NCBI GenBank assembly: GCA_032250835.1
Contig: JAVVEA010000006.1
Span: 86,049-150,048 of the forward strand
Length of the DNA: 64,000 nucleotides
Direction: 5' to 3'
DNA from: a bacterium
GTDB lineage: Bacteria > SAR324 > XYD2-FULL-50-16
Both the position numbers and the translations under genes were made by a program. This document shows, piece by piece, positions 1 through 9,374 of this stretch. The notes beneath the pieces were generated by a model. The model searched no databases. It was not told the origin of the DNA and saw only the letters and a list, made by a program, of their open reading frames with translations. How positions within the stretch are numbered: the stretch's first letter is position 1; the number at the start of each line of letters is the position of its first letter.

Positions 1-1
1 T

Positions 2-751
2 AAAACTAAGCCCGAGCCCATCAGGCCCCAACGCCCGATTCCTGGCCGCCTGCCCAGCCCGCCGCTTGAGACGACCCCAACCCAAGCTCCCGAACCCGAA
101 GAATCCGCCTTTAGCTTTAATTCAGGCAGCGACTTCGCCCGGCCCCAGCCGACCCACTTGGGGGCCGGGGCACCGGTCTATTCGGCCATTGGTCAATTGG
201 GGAAAAAATACATCCTCGCCCAGGGGGCCGAGCGGCTGATTCTGGTGGACCAACACTCAGCCCATGAGCGGATTCGTTTTGAGGAAATCCGGGGCGACTT
301 TTACGCTAAAAAACTGGAAAGCCACAGCCTGATCATCCCCTTGCTGGTCGAGCTACCGCCCCAAGACGGCCTGTTGTTGGAGCAACACTTGCCCCAGTTC
401 GCCCAGTTGGGCTTTGTGATCGAGCCCTTTGGCGGCAATGATTATTCGGTAAAAGAGGTGCCCAGCATCCTCAAGGACAAAGACGTAGGTGCGCTGCTCA
501 AGGAGGTGCTCGACGAAATGAGCCAATTCGGGCGCAGCGGCAAGATGGAGATTTTTTTTAACGAGGTCTTCGAAAAAATCGCCTGCCACTCCGCCATCCG
601 CGCCGGGCAGTCCTTAAGCCTACCAGAGATGCAGTCTTTGCTCAACCAGCTGGCCAGCCTGGACCTACAAATCCACTGCCCCCACGGCCGCCCGGTCCTA
701 GTCGAAATCAGCCTCACCGAACTGGACAAGCGCTTTAAGCGGATTGTATGA
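2..751 (+). CDS. mutL: DNA mismatch repair protein MutL, C-terminal part (5' truncated by window edge)
   Basis: Endonuclease motif DQHSAHERIRFE, plus ACHSAIRAG and CPHGRP; frame is open back to the window start. Confidence 0.95.
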   Translation, partial: KTKPEPIRPQRPIPGRLPSPPLETTPTQAPEPEESAFSFNSGSDFARPQPTHLGAGAPVYSAIGQLGKKYILAQGAERLILVDQHSAHERIRFEEIRGDFYAKKLESHSLIIPLLVELPPQDGLLLEQHLPQFAQLGFVIEPFGGNDYSVKEVPSILKDKDVGALLKEVLDEMSQFGRSGKMEIFFNEVFEKIACHSAIRAGQSLSLPEMQSLLNQLASLDLQIHCPHGRPVLVEISLTELDKRFKRIV

Positions 752-845
752 CTTAAAAATCCCAGGATTGATTTCCAAACCACCAAGATCCTGGTCAGCT
801 AGTTGTATTTGGTATTTATGATTAATTTGGGTATAGGTGTATTCA

Positions 846-1493
846 ATGAGAAGGGTTAATTGGTTGGTAGGCTATTTTTTGCTTTCCTGTTTGCTCGTCG
901 TGCCGGTCGCAAAGTCGGAGCCGATAGACGAATACATTAAGACCTTGGACTATTATGTGGGGTTTCCAGGTCTACCTTGTATTGGTCAAATCGGGATGTT
1001 TTACAATCAAGGCTCACGGCTGATTCGATACGAGTACTGTAGCTGGGGAAATTCCTGGAGCCAAGAACACAATCCAACCAATGGTAACGGTGTCTTGCTT
1101 AGTCGTGGTTTGGATTGGTTTTTCATAAATAAAAGGGCACGAATTTTCAGTTTCATGTTGTCTTACCGAAACGAAACATTCACGGGCTCACTCTCTAAGA
1201 CCATGGACGATGGAACGGGAAATCAGGTCGAGTTATCCAATGACTTGATGGTTGGCACCAAGTCTCTCTCTGCAGGCTTTTCGTTGATGGTGGCATTTTC
1301 GGGCTGGACCGGATTCATGGAATTGAAGCCCTTGCTGCTCTGGAAATCTGAGCAGGACCAGCGATTGGCTTCAACCTCAACTTCGCCAACCTATTCGACC
1401 AGCGATATTGACCGCGAATTTGACGCAGAGGTGTCTGATATGCATTCGAATCAAAGATATCCTGGAGCCATATCGATGGGCTTTAGTTTTTAG
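846..1493 (+). CDS. Secreted/outer-membrane hypothetical protein
   Basis: N-terminal signal peptide (MRRVNWLVGYFLLSCLLVVPVAKS); C-terminal ISMGFSF resembles a beta-barrel terminal signal. Confidence 0.6.
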   Translation: MRRVNWLVGYFLLSCLLVVPVAKSEPIDEYIKTLDYYVGFPGLPCIGQIGMFYNQGSRLIRYEYCSWGNSWSQEHNPTNGNGVLLSRGLDWFFINKRARIFSFMLSYRNETFTGSLSKTMDDGTGNQVELSNDLMVGTKSLSAGFSLMVAFSGWTGFMELKPLLLWKSEQDQRLASTSTSPTYSTSDIDREFDAEVSDMHSNQRYPGAISMGFSF

Positions 1494-1571
1494 TATCCAG
1501 CTCAGCGCCCTGCTCCGCCTAAGCCGCTAAAAGGATAGACTTGACTAATTCAAGGCTATTTCTTGGACCCC

Positions 1572-2078
1572 TTACCCCGGCCACTCCAAGCTACCCTCGG
1601 GCCAAAAGGCGGCGGGGTTTTCTTCGCCGGCCCAATAGTCTACCGGCTGGGTCATTTCCCAGCGCTGGTCGGGGCCCAGTTTGTAGTCGATCACCTTGCC
1701 GGTGTCGGGGTAATAGCCCCGCTCCGTCTCGGTTTGGTTAGAGCAGGAGAAATACAGGCAGGGCTCTGGGCCGGGGTTGTAGAGTTGGTGCGCCAGGGCT
1801 TCGCCGGTGGGGCAAAAGACCAAATCCCCGGCGACCAAGGGTTTTACGCCCTCAGGTCCGCGCAGTAGCGCCCGCCCCTCTAAGATCAAAAACAATTCCT
1901 CTTGGTTTTGGTGCCCATGATAGGGGCAGGCAAAGTGCCCTACCGCCAAGCGTTGGACTTGGAAACCTAAGTGCTGGGCCCCGGCCTGGGCCGAAAGGCG
2001 GTTTTTCTCTACCCTATAGGCCCCTTGGTCCAAGAGGGTAAAGGGCCCTTCGGCGGTTTTGAATATCTTTTCGCTCAT
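1572..2078 (-). CDS. Cupin domain protein
   Basis: PYHGHQNQEELFLILEG...GDLVFCPTG..AHQLYN cupin metal motifs. Confidence 0.85.
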   Translation of the reverse strand: MSEKIFKTAEGPFTLLDQGAYRVEKNRLSAQAGAQHLGFQVQRLAVGHFACPYHGHQNQEELFLILEGRALLRGPEGVKPLVAGDLVFCPTGEALAHQLYNPGPEPCLYFSCSNQTETERGYYPDTGKVIDYKLGPDQRWEMTQPVDYWAGEENPAAFWPEGSLEWPG

Positions 2079-2094
2079 GGGATTACCTGAAACC

Positions 2095-2604
2095 TTAGGC
2101 CAGCGGCAAAACCAGCCGGGTTTTTAGTTGGTCCGTTGGGGTTTCCTTTGGGTCATTTAAATAAAACTCAAAGCTTTGTTGTGCCAAGGTTAGTCCCTGG
2201 TCCTCGGCCCAGCGGTTCAGTTCCTTGTATGAGGCCCCTACCATCGCGTAAGAGCCGGTATGGACCGCCGTCAAGGCTGGACCCCCGGCGAAGGACGCGG
2301 TCTTTAAAACGCCTTGTTCTTTGGCTCCATCAACGGGAAAACCTAACTGGTAATGCCAGCGCTTAAAAACCATTTGTAGTAGGTTTTTGAGGGCTCCCGC
2401 CTGGTTCAAAGCCGCCCAATCCAAGTCCAGATAGACCGTAAAGGGAAACCCGCTGGCACTAAGTTCTTGGTCTTGCAACGCGTCCTTTAGCTGAGTAAAG
2501 CCTTGCTTCATTAGGGCAGGCATGGCTAACATTTTTGCATGTTGTTCCAAAACCAGCGCGTCAAAAGGCTCGATGGTTTCTTGTTGGATATCTGAAAGGC
2601 TCAT
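2095..2604 (-). CDS. GyrI-like small-molecule-binding domain protein
   Basis: AVHTGSY...YKELNRWAE...FEFYLNDP...LKTRL; start moved to ATG at 2604. Confidence 0.8.
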   Translation of the reverse strand: MSLSDIQQETIEPFDALVLEQHAKMLAMPALMKQGFTQLKDALQDQELSASGFPFTVYLDLDWAALNQAGALKNLLQMVFKRWHYQLGFPVDGAKEQGVLKTASFAGGPALTAVHTGSYAMVGASYKELNRWAEDQGLTLAQQSFEFYLNDPKETPTDQLKTRLVLPLA

Positions 2605-2704
2605 GTGGAACTCCCTTGGGTTGATTGCTTGGGATTTGAATATAACCGATAGCGCCTCAGATTCCAACGCCTGAGCAAACAGTAAATTAATATAGTGAAT
2701 TCAG

Positions 2705-3088
2705 ATGATTAAGATATACGGGATTGAAGAAATTTTAGAACCCAAGATCCCCTCCATGAGCGACGTGATCCAAGGCTGCATGCAAGACGCCCTGGGCTAC
2801 CCTGCCAACAAGAGGGCCCAACGGTTTTTGCCGGTCAAGCGGGGGCACTTTTTTTCGCCCGAAGGCCGCACCGAAGCCTACACGATTTTAGAGATTTCCC
2901 TGCTTTCGGGCCGCAGCAAAGAGGCCAAAAAGACGCTGATTTATTTGCTTTTCGAGCGCTTTGAACGGGAATTGGGCATTAAGCCGGTAGATCTAGAGAT
3001 CACCCTTTTTGATTCGCCCGGCGAAAACTGGGGCTTTCGGGGCATTACCGGCGACGAAGCCCAATTGGATTACAAAATCAACGTCTAA
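2705..3088 (+). CDS. Tautomerase family protein
   Basis: YTILEISLLSGRSKEAKKTLI...DLEITLFDSPGENWGFRG pattern. Confidence 0.8.
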   Translation: MIKIYGIEEILEPKIPSMSDVIQGCMQDALGYPANKRAQRFLPVKRGHFFSPEGRTEAYTILEISLLSGRSKEAKKTLIYLLFERFERELGIKPVDLEITLFDSPGENWGFRGITGDEAQLDYKINV

Positions 3089-4026
3089 TCCCAGGTTAAG
3101 ACCAACTTACCGGCCACGTGCCCCTCTTCGCTAGCCTGGACGGCTTGGAGCACCTCGGTAAAGGGGTAGACCTGCGCGATTACTGGGCGCAAAGTTCCTT
3201 CTTCAACCCAAAGGGCTAGTTGGTTTAAATCCTTTAAGCGCGATTCGACCATCACCTGCAACCGTTTTTTGGCGAAGACCAAATTGCGCGGCGGCAGCCA
3301 CAACATCCCCAACAACCCCGCTTGGGTGCTCACATACCGGCCCCCGTGGGCGAGGTGCTTTTGGGCTGGGCCAAAGGGTAGGTTGCCGATGCAGTCGAAG
3401 ATCAAGTCATACTCGGCCAGCAGGCTGGGTAAGGGACCTTTTTGGTAGTCGATCAAGTCAGCGGCCCCTAGGCTGCGCGCCAGCTCAAATTTACCTTGGC
3501 TGCATACCCCCGAGATCATAGAACCGTACGCTTTGGCCACTTGCAGTGCCATCACGCCGACCCCACCCCCACAGCCGTTGACCAGCACCCGCTCCCCATG
3601 CTTGATTTTCGCCTGAGAAACCAGCGCTTGTAGGGCCGTTTGCCCGGTGAGCGGAAGCGCGGCGGCTTCGGCGAAGCTAAGGTTTTTGGGCTTAAGGGCG
3701 ACCATCTCGGGCCCGGCAACCAGTTGCTGGGCGAAGGCACCGCCTTTAAAATAGTTGGTTAGACCGAAGACCTCGTCTCCGGGTTGCAGCCCGGCCTGGG
3801 GCCCCGCGTCGATAACCACCCCGGCAAAGTCACCGCCCAAAATGGCGGGCGGTTGTTTGCCGGTCAGCATCTTAAAATCGCCTTGGCGGATTTTGTTGTC
3901 TACCGGATTGATGGAGCTGGCTTTGACCTCAACCAAGACTTGGTCGGCTCCGGGGCGGGGTGCTTCGGTTTCTTCTAACGACAACACTTCAGGTCCGCCA
4001 TATTGGCGGGAAATTACAGCTAACAT
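3085..4026 (-). CDS. NAD(P)-dependent oxidoreductase (MDR/quinone reductase family)
   Basis: YGGPEVL, SINPVD, GGDFAGVV, VNGCGGGVG, GKLVL. Confidence 0.9.
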   Translation of the reverse strand: MLAVISRQYGGPEVLSLEETEAPRPGADQVLVEVKASSINPVDNKIRQGDFKMLTGKQPPAILGGDFAGVVIDAGPQAGLQPGDEVFGLTNYFKGGAFAQQLVAGPEMVALKPKNLSFAEAAALPLTGQTALQALVSQAKIKHGERVLVNGCGGGVGVMALQVAKAYGSMISGVCSQGKFELARSLGAADLIDYQKGPLPSLLAEYDLIFDCIGNLPFGPAQKHLAHGGRYVSTQAGLLGMLWLPPRNLVFAKKRLQVMVESRLKDLNQLALWVEEGTLRPVIAQVYPFTEVLQAVQASEEGHVAGKLVLTWD

Positions 4027-4155
4027 TTGAACTCCTTAGAAATTTCAGACCAGACTAGGCCAAATTTAGGCGAGATTCAAGGGGTAGGTTGTACTCTAGA
4101 CAAAGGTGGGCCTGAAAAGATATTCTAATCGATAACCTTAAGCCCTTGGCCCTGC

Positions 4156-5481
4156 ATGAAATTGATCGCCCTAGTCGGCAAACCCAACGTGGGTAAATCG
4201 ACGCTCTTCAACCGCTTGGTTGGCCGCCGCTATGCGATTGTCGGGGCCCAGCCGGGCGTCACCCGCGACCGCAACATTGCCCCAGTGGACCGCAAGGGGT
4301 ACCGATACCTTTTGATGGACACCGGCGGCTTCGAGCCCGAGGCGGTCGAAGGGATTCCCGCGAAGATGAAGGAACAGAGCCGCTTGGCGGTCGAAGAGGC
4401 GGACATCATCTTGTTTGTGATGGACCGCAGTTCGGGCCTGACGGTTAACGATAAGGACATCTACCGCTACCTAAGCCAGTCGGAAAAGCCGGTTTATGTG
4501 GTCGTCAACAAGGTGGACAGCGACAAACACGAAGAAGGCCTAGGCGAGTTTTACGAGCTTGGGGCCGAGACGCTCTTTGACGTCAGCGCCGAACATGGCC
4601 GCGGCATCAGCGAGCTGTTGGAGTTTTTGGGCGAACAGCACCCCGAGATCCTCAACCCCGACGACCCCCGCGAAGACGACGCCCTGTCCATCGCGCTGCT
4701 GGGCCGCCCTAATGCAGGCAAATCCAGTCTGGCCAACGCCTTTTTGGGCGAGAACAAACAAATTGTCCACGACGAACCGGGCACCACCCGCGACCCGGTG
4801 GACAACTACTTCCAGTTTCAGGGCCAGCGCATCCGCCTGATTGATACCGCAGGCCTCAAACGTAAGGCCAGGGTTAGCCAGAAGGTGGATCAATATTCCA
4901 TGGCCGGTTCGATCCGCAGCATCGAGCGTTGCGACGTCGGCCTTTTGGTGATCGACGCCACCGAAGGGGTGGTGGAGCAAGACGCACGTATCGGCGGGTA
5001 TATTTTGGAGCGGGGCCGGGGCGTGGTGATTGTGGTCAATAAGTGGGACTTAGTGGCCAAAGACAGCAAAACGCTACAAAAAATGGAGCGCGACATCCGC
5101 GACCGCTTGGAATTCCTCGCCTTTGCGCCGATCCTCTTTGTCTCGGCTATGACCCAGCAACGGGTGCCTAAAATCTTAGAAGCAGCCATGGCCGTTTTTG
5201 AACAATACCAAAAACGGGTCCGCACCGCCGACTTCAACAAGGTCTTAGAAGAGGTCACCCTGCGACACCAGCCGCCGGGCCGCGCGGGCAAAAAACCCCG
5301 GCTTTATTACGGGGCTCAAGTTTCTATCAAGCCGCCCAGCTTCGTGATCCACACCAACGAGCCAGACCTCTTGAGCGAAAGCTATCGCCGGTTTATGGTG
5401 AATCAGTTACGCTATTACTTCGGCTTCGAGGGGACGCCGATCAATGTCTTTTGGCGAGCAAAAAACAAAAAACAAGAATAG
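4156..5481 (+). CDS. der: Ribosome biogenesis GTPase Der (EngA)
   Basis: Two GTPase domains (GKPNVGKS/DTGG/NKVD and GRPNAGKS/DTAG/NKWD) and C-terminal FEGTPI. Confidence 0.97.
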   Translation: MKLIALVGKPNVGKSTLFNRLVGRRYAIVGAQPGVTRDRNIAPVDRKGYRYLLMDTGGFEPEAVEGIPAKMKEQSRLAVEEADIILFVMDRSSGLTVNDKDIYRYLSQSEKPVYVVVNKVDSDKHEEGLGEFYELGAETLFDVSAEHGRGISELLEFLGEQHPEILNPDDPREDDALSIALLGRPNAGKSSLANAFLGENKQIVHDEPGTTRDPVDNYFQFQGQRIRLIDTAGLKRKARVSQKVDQYSMAGSIRSIERCDVGLLVIDATEGVVEQDARIGGYILERGRGVVIVVNKWDLVAKDSKTLQKMERDIRDRLEFLAFAPILFVSAMTQQRVPKILEAAMAVFEQYQKRVRTADFNKVLEEVTLRHQPPGRAGKKPRLYYGAQVSIKPPSFVIHTNEPDLLSESYRRFMVNQLRYYFGFEGTPINVFWRAKNKKQE

Positions 5482-5485
5482 CCCC

Positions 5486-6103
5486 ATGAACTTCTTAAAC
5501 CCCGAAATGCTGTCCCACGGCGGGCCGGTACTTCTGATCCAATTGATTTGTAGCATCGTCGCTCTGGGCGTAGTCTTAGAGCGTTTTATGTATCTGCGGC
5601 ACGACAAGGTGGTGCGGGTCGATCTGTACCAAACCATCTTACGACAGGTCCGCGGAGGCGAGTTGAACTCGGCCTTATCCTCGGCCCAGAGCGATCCGGG
5701 GCCGATGATGCGCATCTGCGCCACCGCCTTGTCCCACGCTGAACAGGGCCCCCGCGAACTACGCGAAACCATCGAAGACGCAGGTAGGCTCGAAGTGCCC
5801 CGCCTGGAACGTTACCTAGGCATATTGCATACCATTGCGGTGATCAGCCCACTCTTAGGTCTCTTGGGCACCGTCTTCGGCATGATGCGTGTCTTTGATA
5901 CCATCGTCACCGAAGGGGCGGGCAACACCCAGCTACTCGCCGGGGGCATCAGCGAAGCCTTGGTGACCACCGCTGCCGGTCTTTGCGTGGCGATCCCCAC
6001 CTTGGTCTTTTACAATTATCTTTCCAAGCGCACCGACAACCTTTTGGTGGAGATGGAAGGCTTGGCGATTGAGCTGCACCGCGCCTTGAAGGGACGGGCA
6101 TGA
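5486..6103 (+). CDS. exbB: MotA/TolQ/ExbB proton channel protein
   Basis: ISPLLGLLGTVFGM...LAGGISEALVTTAAGL. Confidence 0.9.
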   Translation: MNFLNPEMLSHGGPVLLIQLICSIVALGVVLERFMYLRHDKVVRVDLYQTILRQVRGGELNSALSSAQSDPGPMMRICATALSHAEQGPRELRETIEDAGRLEVPRLERYLGILHTIAVISPLLGLLGTVFGMMRVFDTIVTEGAGNTQLLAGGISEALVTTAAGLCVAIPTLVFYNYLSKRTDNLLVEMEGLAIELHRALKGRA

Positions 6104-6504
6104 AATTCCGACAGAAGACCAAACCGAGCTTGGGGATTGAGATCACCCCGCTGATCGACGTGGTCTTTTTGCTGTTGATTTTCTTTATGATCAGCACCAC
6201 CTTTGTGGCCCAACCGGGCATCCAGGTGGACCTGCCCCAAGCCAGCGCCCGGCCCGACGCCCAAAAGCCCGAATCTTTAGACCTGACGCTCACCAAAGAA
6301 CACCGCATCTACTTAAACGGACAGGAACTTGCCCCAGACCAACTGTTAGCCCGCCTCAAGGCGGCACCGGGCGGAAAAGACCGCTCTTTGGTGATCCGCG
6401 CCGACGGACTGGCCCAACACCGGATGGTGGTTTTTGTGATGGACCAAGCCCACCAAGCAGGCATCGGCAAACTGTCGGTGGCGACCATCGAACGGGAGCG
6501 CTAA
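6100..6504 (+). CDS. exbD: ExbD/TolR biopolymer transport protein
   Basis: ITPLIDVVFLLLIFFMI, VIRAD. Confidence 0.9.
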   Translation: MKFRQKTKPSLGIEITPLIDVVFLLLIFFMISTTFVAQPGIQVDLPQASARPDAQKPESLDLTLTKEHRIYLNGQELAPDQLLARLKAAPGGKDRSLVIRADGLAQHRMVVFVMDQAHQAGIGKLSVATIERER

Positions 6505-7281
6505 ATGAAGCTCTCGGCGGCGATCATCACGCTGAACGAGGAGCGCAATCTGGCGGCCTGTCTGGACAGCCTGGACTTTTGTGATGAATGGGTGGTGGTG
6601 GACTCGCTCAGCCAAGACGCCACCTGCGAAATCGCTCGTTCCAAGGGGGCCAAGGTCATCGACCAAGCCTTTTTGGGCCATGTGCGGCAAAAGCAACTGG
6701 CCGTGGATTCCTGTAGCCACGACTGGGTTTTGTGTCTCGACGCCGACGAACGGATCAGCCCCGAATTGCGGGCCAGTATCTTAGCCTTAAAAAATCAAGA
6801 AGAGCCTGAATTGGCAGGTTATCAGGTCAACCGGCTGAGCTGGCATCTGGGCCGCTGGATCCGCCACGGCGGCTGGTACCCGGACCGCAATATTCGGCTC
6901 TTTGACCGCCGGCGCGGCCATTGGGCGGGCTATGACCCCCACGACAAGGTGGAGGTTGAGGGGCCGGTGGGCCTGCTAACCGGCGACCTGCACCATTATG
7001 TGTTCAAAGACTTGGCCCACAACGTGGCGACCAATAATTCTTATTCGGGCATCATGGCCAAAGACTTGGCCCAGGCGGGCAAAGGTCCTAGTTTACTCAA
7101 GCTGCTCTTTAAGCCGCCCTGGAAATTTGTGGAATGTTATGTTCTTAAGGCAGGCTTTTTGGACGGCATGGCGGGCTTCATCATCGCCGTAGGGGCGGCT
7201 TATTCGCTCTTTTTAAAATTCGCTAAGCTTTGGGAACAGCAGACCCTTGATCCGGGGGACAGTGAACAGCCCCGAAAGTAA
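6505..7281 (+). CDS. Glycosyltransferase family 2 (LPS beta-1,4-glucosyltransferase-like)
   Basis: IITLNEERN, VVDSLSQD, LDADE, GGWYPD. Confidence 0.9.
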   Translation: MKLSAAIITLNEERNLAACLDSLDFCDEWVVVDSLSQDATCEIARSKGAKVIDQAFLGHVRQKQLAVDSCSHDWVLCLDADERISPELRASILALKNQEEPELAGYQVNRLSWHLGRWIRHGGWYPDRNIRLFDRRRGHWAGYDPHDKVEVEGPVGLLTGDLHHYVFKDLAHNVATNNSYSGIMAKDLAQAGKGPSLLKLLFKPPWKFVECYVLKAGFLDGMAGFIIAVGAAYSLFLKFAKLWEQQTLDPGDSEQPRK

Positions 7282-8332
7282 AGCCCAGGCGCTCTGCCGC
7301 TGGTTTGACCAAACCCAACGTCCGCTGCCCTGGCGGGCCGAATATGCCCCCTATCAGGTCTGGATTAGCGAGATCATGGCCCAGCAGACCCGCATGGACC
7401 AGCTGATTCCCTATTACTTGCGGTGGATGAAAGCGCTGCCCGACATAGCCGCCCTGGCGGAGGTGCCTGAAGACCAACTGCTTAAGCTTTGGGAGGGTTT
7501 GGGTTACTACAACCGGGCCCGCAACTTAAAGCTAGCCGCCCAAAAGGTGATGGCCCAGGGCGGCAAATTGCCCATGGGCCGCAAGGAGCTTTTGGACCTG
7601 CCGGGCATCGGCCCCTATACCGCCGGAGCGATTCTTTCGATTGCCTTTAACCAGCCCGAACCCTTGATCGACGGGAATATCGAGCGGGTCTTGGCGCGGC
7701 TCTTGGACCTGGATATAAACCCCAAGACCGCCGCCGGCAAGCGCTACTTTGAAGCCGAAGTGGCGGCCCTGATGCGCGGCTTTGAGCCCCGTAAAGTGGC
7801 CCAGGGGTTGATGGAGCTAGGCGCGCTGGTCTGCTCGCCCACTAACCCCAACTGCGGCGAATGCCCCTGGGGCGGTGACTGCTTGGCCCGCCAAAAGGGA
7901 ACCATCGAGGCCCGCCCAGTCCTGCCGCCGCGCCCTGAAGGGATCAAAGAAAAGCGCTTGGTCTTGGTTTTAGAAGAGTCCGGCCAGTTTTACCTGCTGC
8001 CCCAACCCAAGGGAGCCCGCTGGGGCGGTATGGAATTGTTTTTGATGCCCTTGGTTGAACGCTGGCCCCAAGCCGAGGGCCTAACCGCCCACCTCCCCGA
8101 AGGCGTCGCGTTAGCCGGAACGCCCCAATATCTAGGCGAATTCAGGTATACGGTCACCAAATACCGCGTCCAAGCCCAAGCCTGGCGTATCCCCATAGAC
8201 CGCCGCCCCTCTGGTGGCCTCTGGCTGAGTCTAGAAGAACTAGAAGCCCGCGCCCTACCCCGGCCCGGCGTAAAGACCCGGGAGTTGTTGCGGGGTGCGC
8301 TTAAGCCCCGCAATGCTGTTGCTGCGCTATAG
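7262..8332 (+). CDS. mutY: A/G-specific adenine glycosylase MutY
   Basis: LPWR, WISEIMAQQT, WEGLGYYNRARNL, HhH LPGIGPYTA, Fe-S C-x6-C-x2-C-x5-C. Confidence 0.95.
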   Translation: MNSPESKAQALCRWFDQTQRPLPWRAEYAPYQVWISEIMAQQTRMDQLIPYYLRWMKALPDIAALAEVPEDQLLKLWEGLGYYNRARNLKLAAQKVMAQGGKLPMGRKELLDLPGIGPYTAGAILSIAFNQPEPLIDGNIERVLARLLDLDINPKTAAGKRYFEAEVAALMRGFEPRKVAQGLMELGALVCSPTNPNCGECPWGGDCLARQKGTIEARPVLPPRPEGIKEKRLVLVLEESGQFYLLPQPKGARWGGMELFLMPLVERWPQAEGLTAHLPEGVALAGTPQYLGEFRYTVTKYRVQAQAWRIPIDRRPSGGLWLSLEELEARALPRPGVKTRELLRGALKPRNAVAAL

Positions 8333-8541
8333 GGGTATCGAGAGATTGTCGCGCATAACCTGGGCCCATTTCGGAGCGCCGGGAACCTAATTTCTTCACA
8401 ATCATCTTAAAATCACAATTTATTTTGCGATTTTCTACATTGCGTTGCTTTGTCATTAGATTTTGAATTCTCTATTTATTGCGAAATTCATGGTTTCAAG
8501 GGCAGGCGACTCGAATCAAACACTATTTTTATCTCAGCAGC

Positions 8542-8572
8542 TTGACAATAAAATATCCCTGTGAAATAAGAT
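8542..8572 (+). promoter_or_regulatory. Possible sigma70 promoter for the island operon
   Basis: Perfect TTGACA at 8542-8547; best -10 is TAAGAT at 8567-8572 (19-nt spacer, suboptimal). Confidence 0.3.
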
Positions 8573-8641
8573 AACCGCCTGCGGGATGATTCGATTCCCA
8601 TGGGTTTTTATTGTTTCATTTAACTTTTCAAAAGAGGAAAT

Positions 8642-8677
8642 ATGTACCCACCTGTGATTAAGCCTGAGGCTAAATAA
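8642..8677 (+). CDS. Putative 11-aa precursor/leader peptide MYPPVIKPEAK
   Basis: AAGAGGA immediately upstream, ATG at 8642, TAA at 8675-8677, in-frame stop upstream at 8621; followed by a hairpin and modifying enzymes. Confidence 0.5.
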   Translation: MYPPVIKPEAK

Positions 8678-8688
8678 ATAACCAATAG

Positions 8689-8716
8689 CGTTTAGAGGCA
8701 GTTCCGCCTCTAAACG
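8689..8716 (+). terminator. Perfect 11-bp stem-loop (attenuator/stabiliser) between the small ORF and the oxygenase
   Basis: CGTTTAGAGGC-agttcc-GCCTCTAAACG. Confidence 0.7.
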
Positions 8717-8740
8717 TCTTAATACATTAAAATTCGTGAA

Positions 8741-9358
8741 ATGAACAAGTTGTATGCAGATTTGCAGCACAGGTTCGATGCCGCTGGTTTTTTGATATTG
8801 AAGGGTTCCGAGTTTTATTCCGACGCCCAATGGGAAATTATTGACGGCTATTCAAATCAAGTCAGCTACGAATCAGTCCAGAAGGGGCTGCAGAAAGACT
8901 CCGAATACGCGGCACATGTTGGCCGTATTGTCCTTGATGGGCCCACACCATCGGGAGAATACCTTCAGATCAACGAACCCGAAAACCTAGCCGATTGCAG
9001 CACAGAGCTTTTATGGACGATACTCAATCCTCGAGTACTCGCCGTTACCAGCGCCATTGCCTCCATTGACATCCCCAAGGTTCAAAGGTGCCAATACAAC
9101 CTATTGAGATCTGGGGACCATATCGGAAAACATATCGATGCGCTGCACGGTATTCCCTATGACCTTACCTTTGTACTCGGTCTAGAAGGAGACTACCAAG
9201 GTGGGATTTTTCAGCTTTATGGCCAAACCAACAGTGAGGTCTTTTTCCATAAAATTTCAGAAAAAGACCTAATAATTTTTAAAAGCCCTTTGCTGCATTC
9301 TGTTACCAAAGTATCAAGCGGCAAGAGGAAAACTCTTTGCTTATTTTTGAAAAAATAA
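8741..9358 (+). CDS. 2OG-Fe(II) oxygenase (prolyl-hydroxylase-like)
   Basis: HxD (KHIDA), YQGGIF, distal His and Arg (LLHSVTKVSSGKRKTL). Confidence 0.85.
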   Translation: MNKLYADLQHRFDAAGFLILKGSEFYSDAQWEIIDGYSNQVSYESVQKGLQKDSEYAAHVGRIVLDGPTPSGEYLQINEPENLADCSTELLWTILNPRVLAVTSAIASIDIPKVQRCQYNLLRSGDHIGKHIDALHGIPYDLTFVLGLEGDYQGGIFQLYGQTNSEVFFHKISEKDLIIFKSPLLHSVTKVSSGKRKTLCLFLKK

Positions 9359-9374
9359 ACTGTACGAGGAACCC

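Noticed and set aside
8586-8657. Alternative small ORF MIRFPWVFIVSFNFSKEEICTHL as the precursor
   Set aside because: No convincing SD, and it overlaps the better-supported 8642 ORF; not fully excluded
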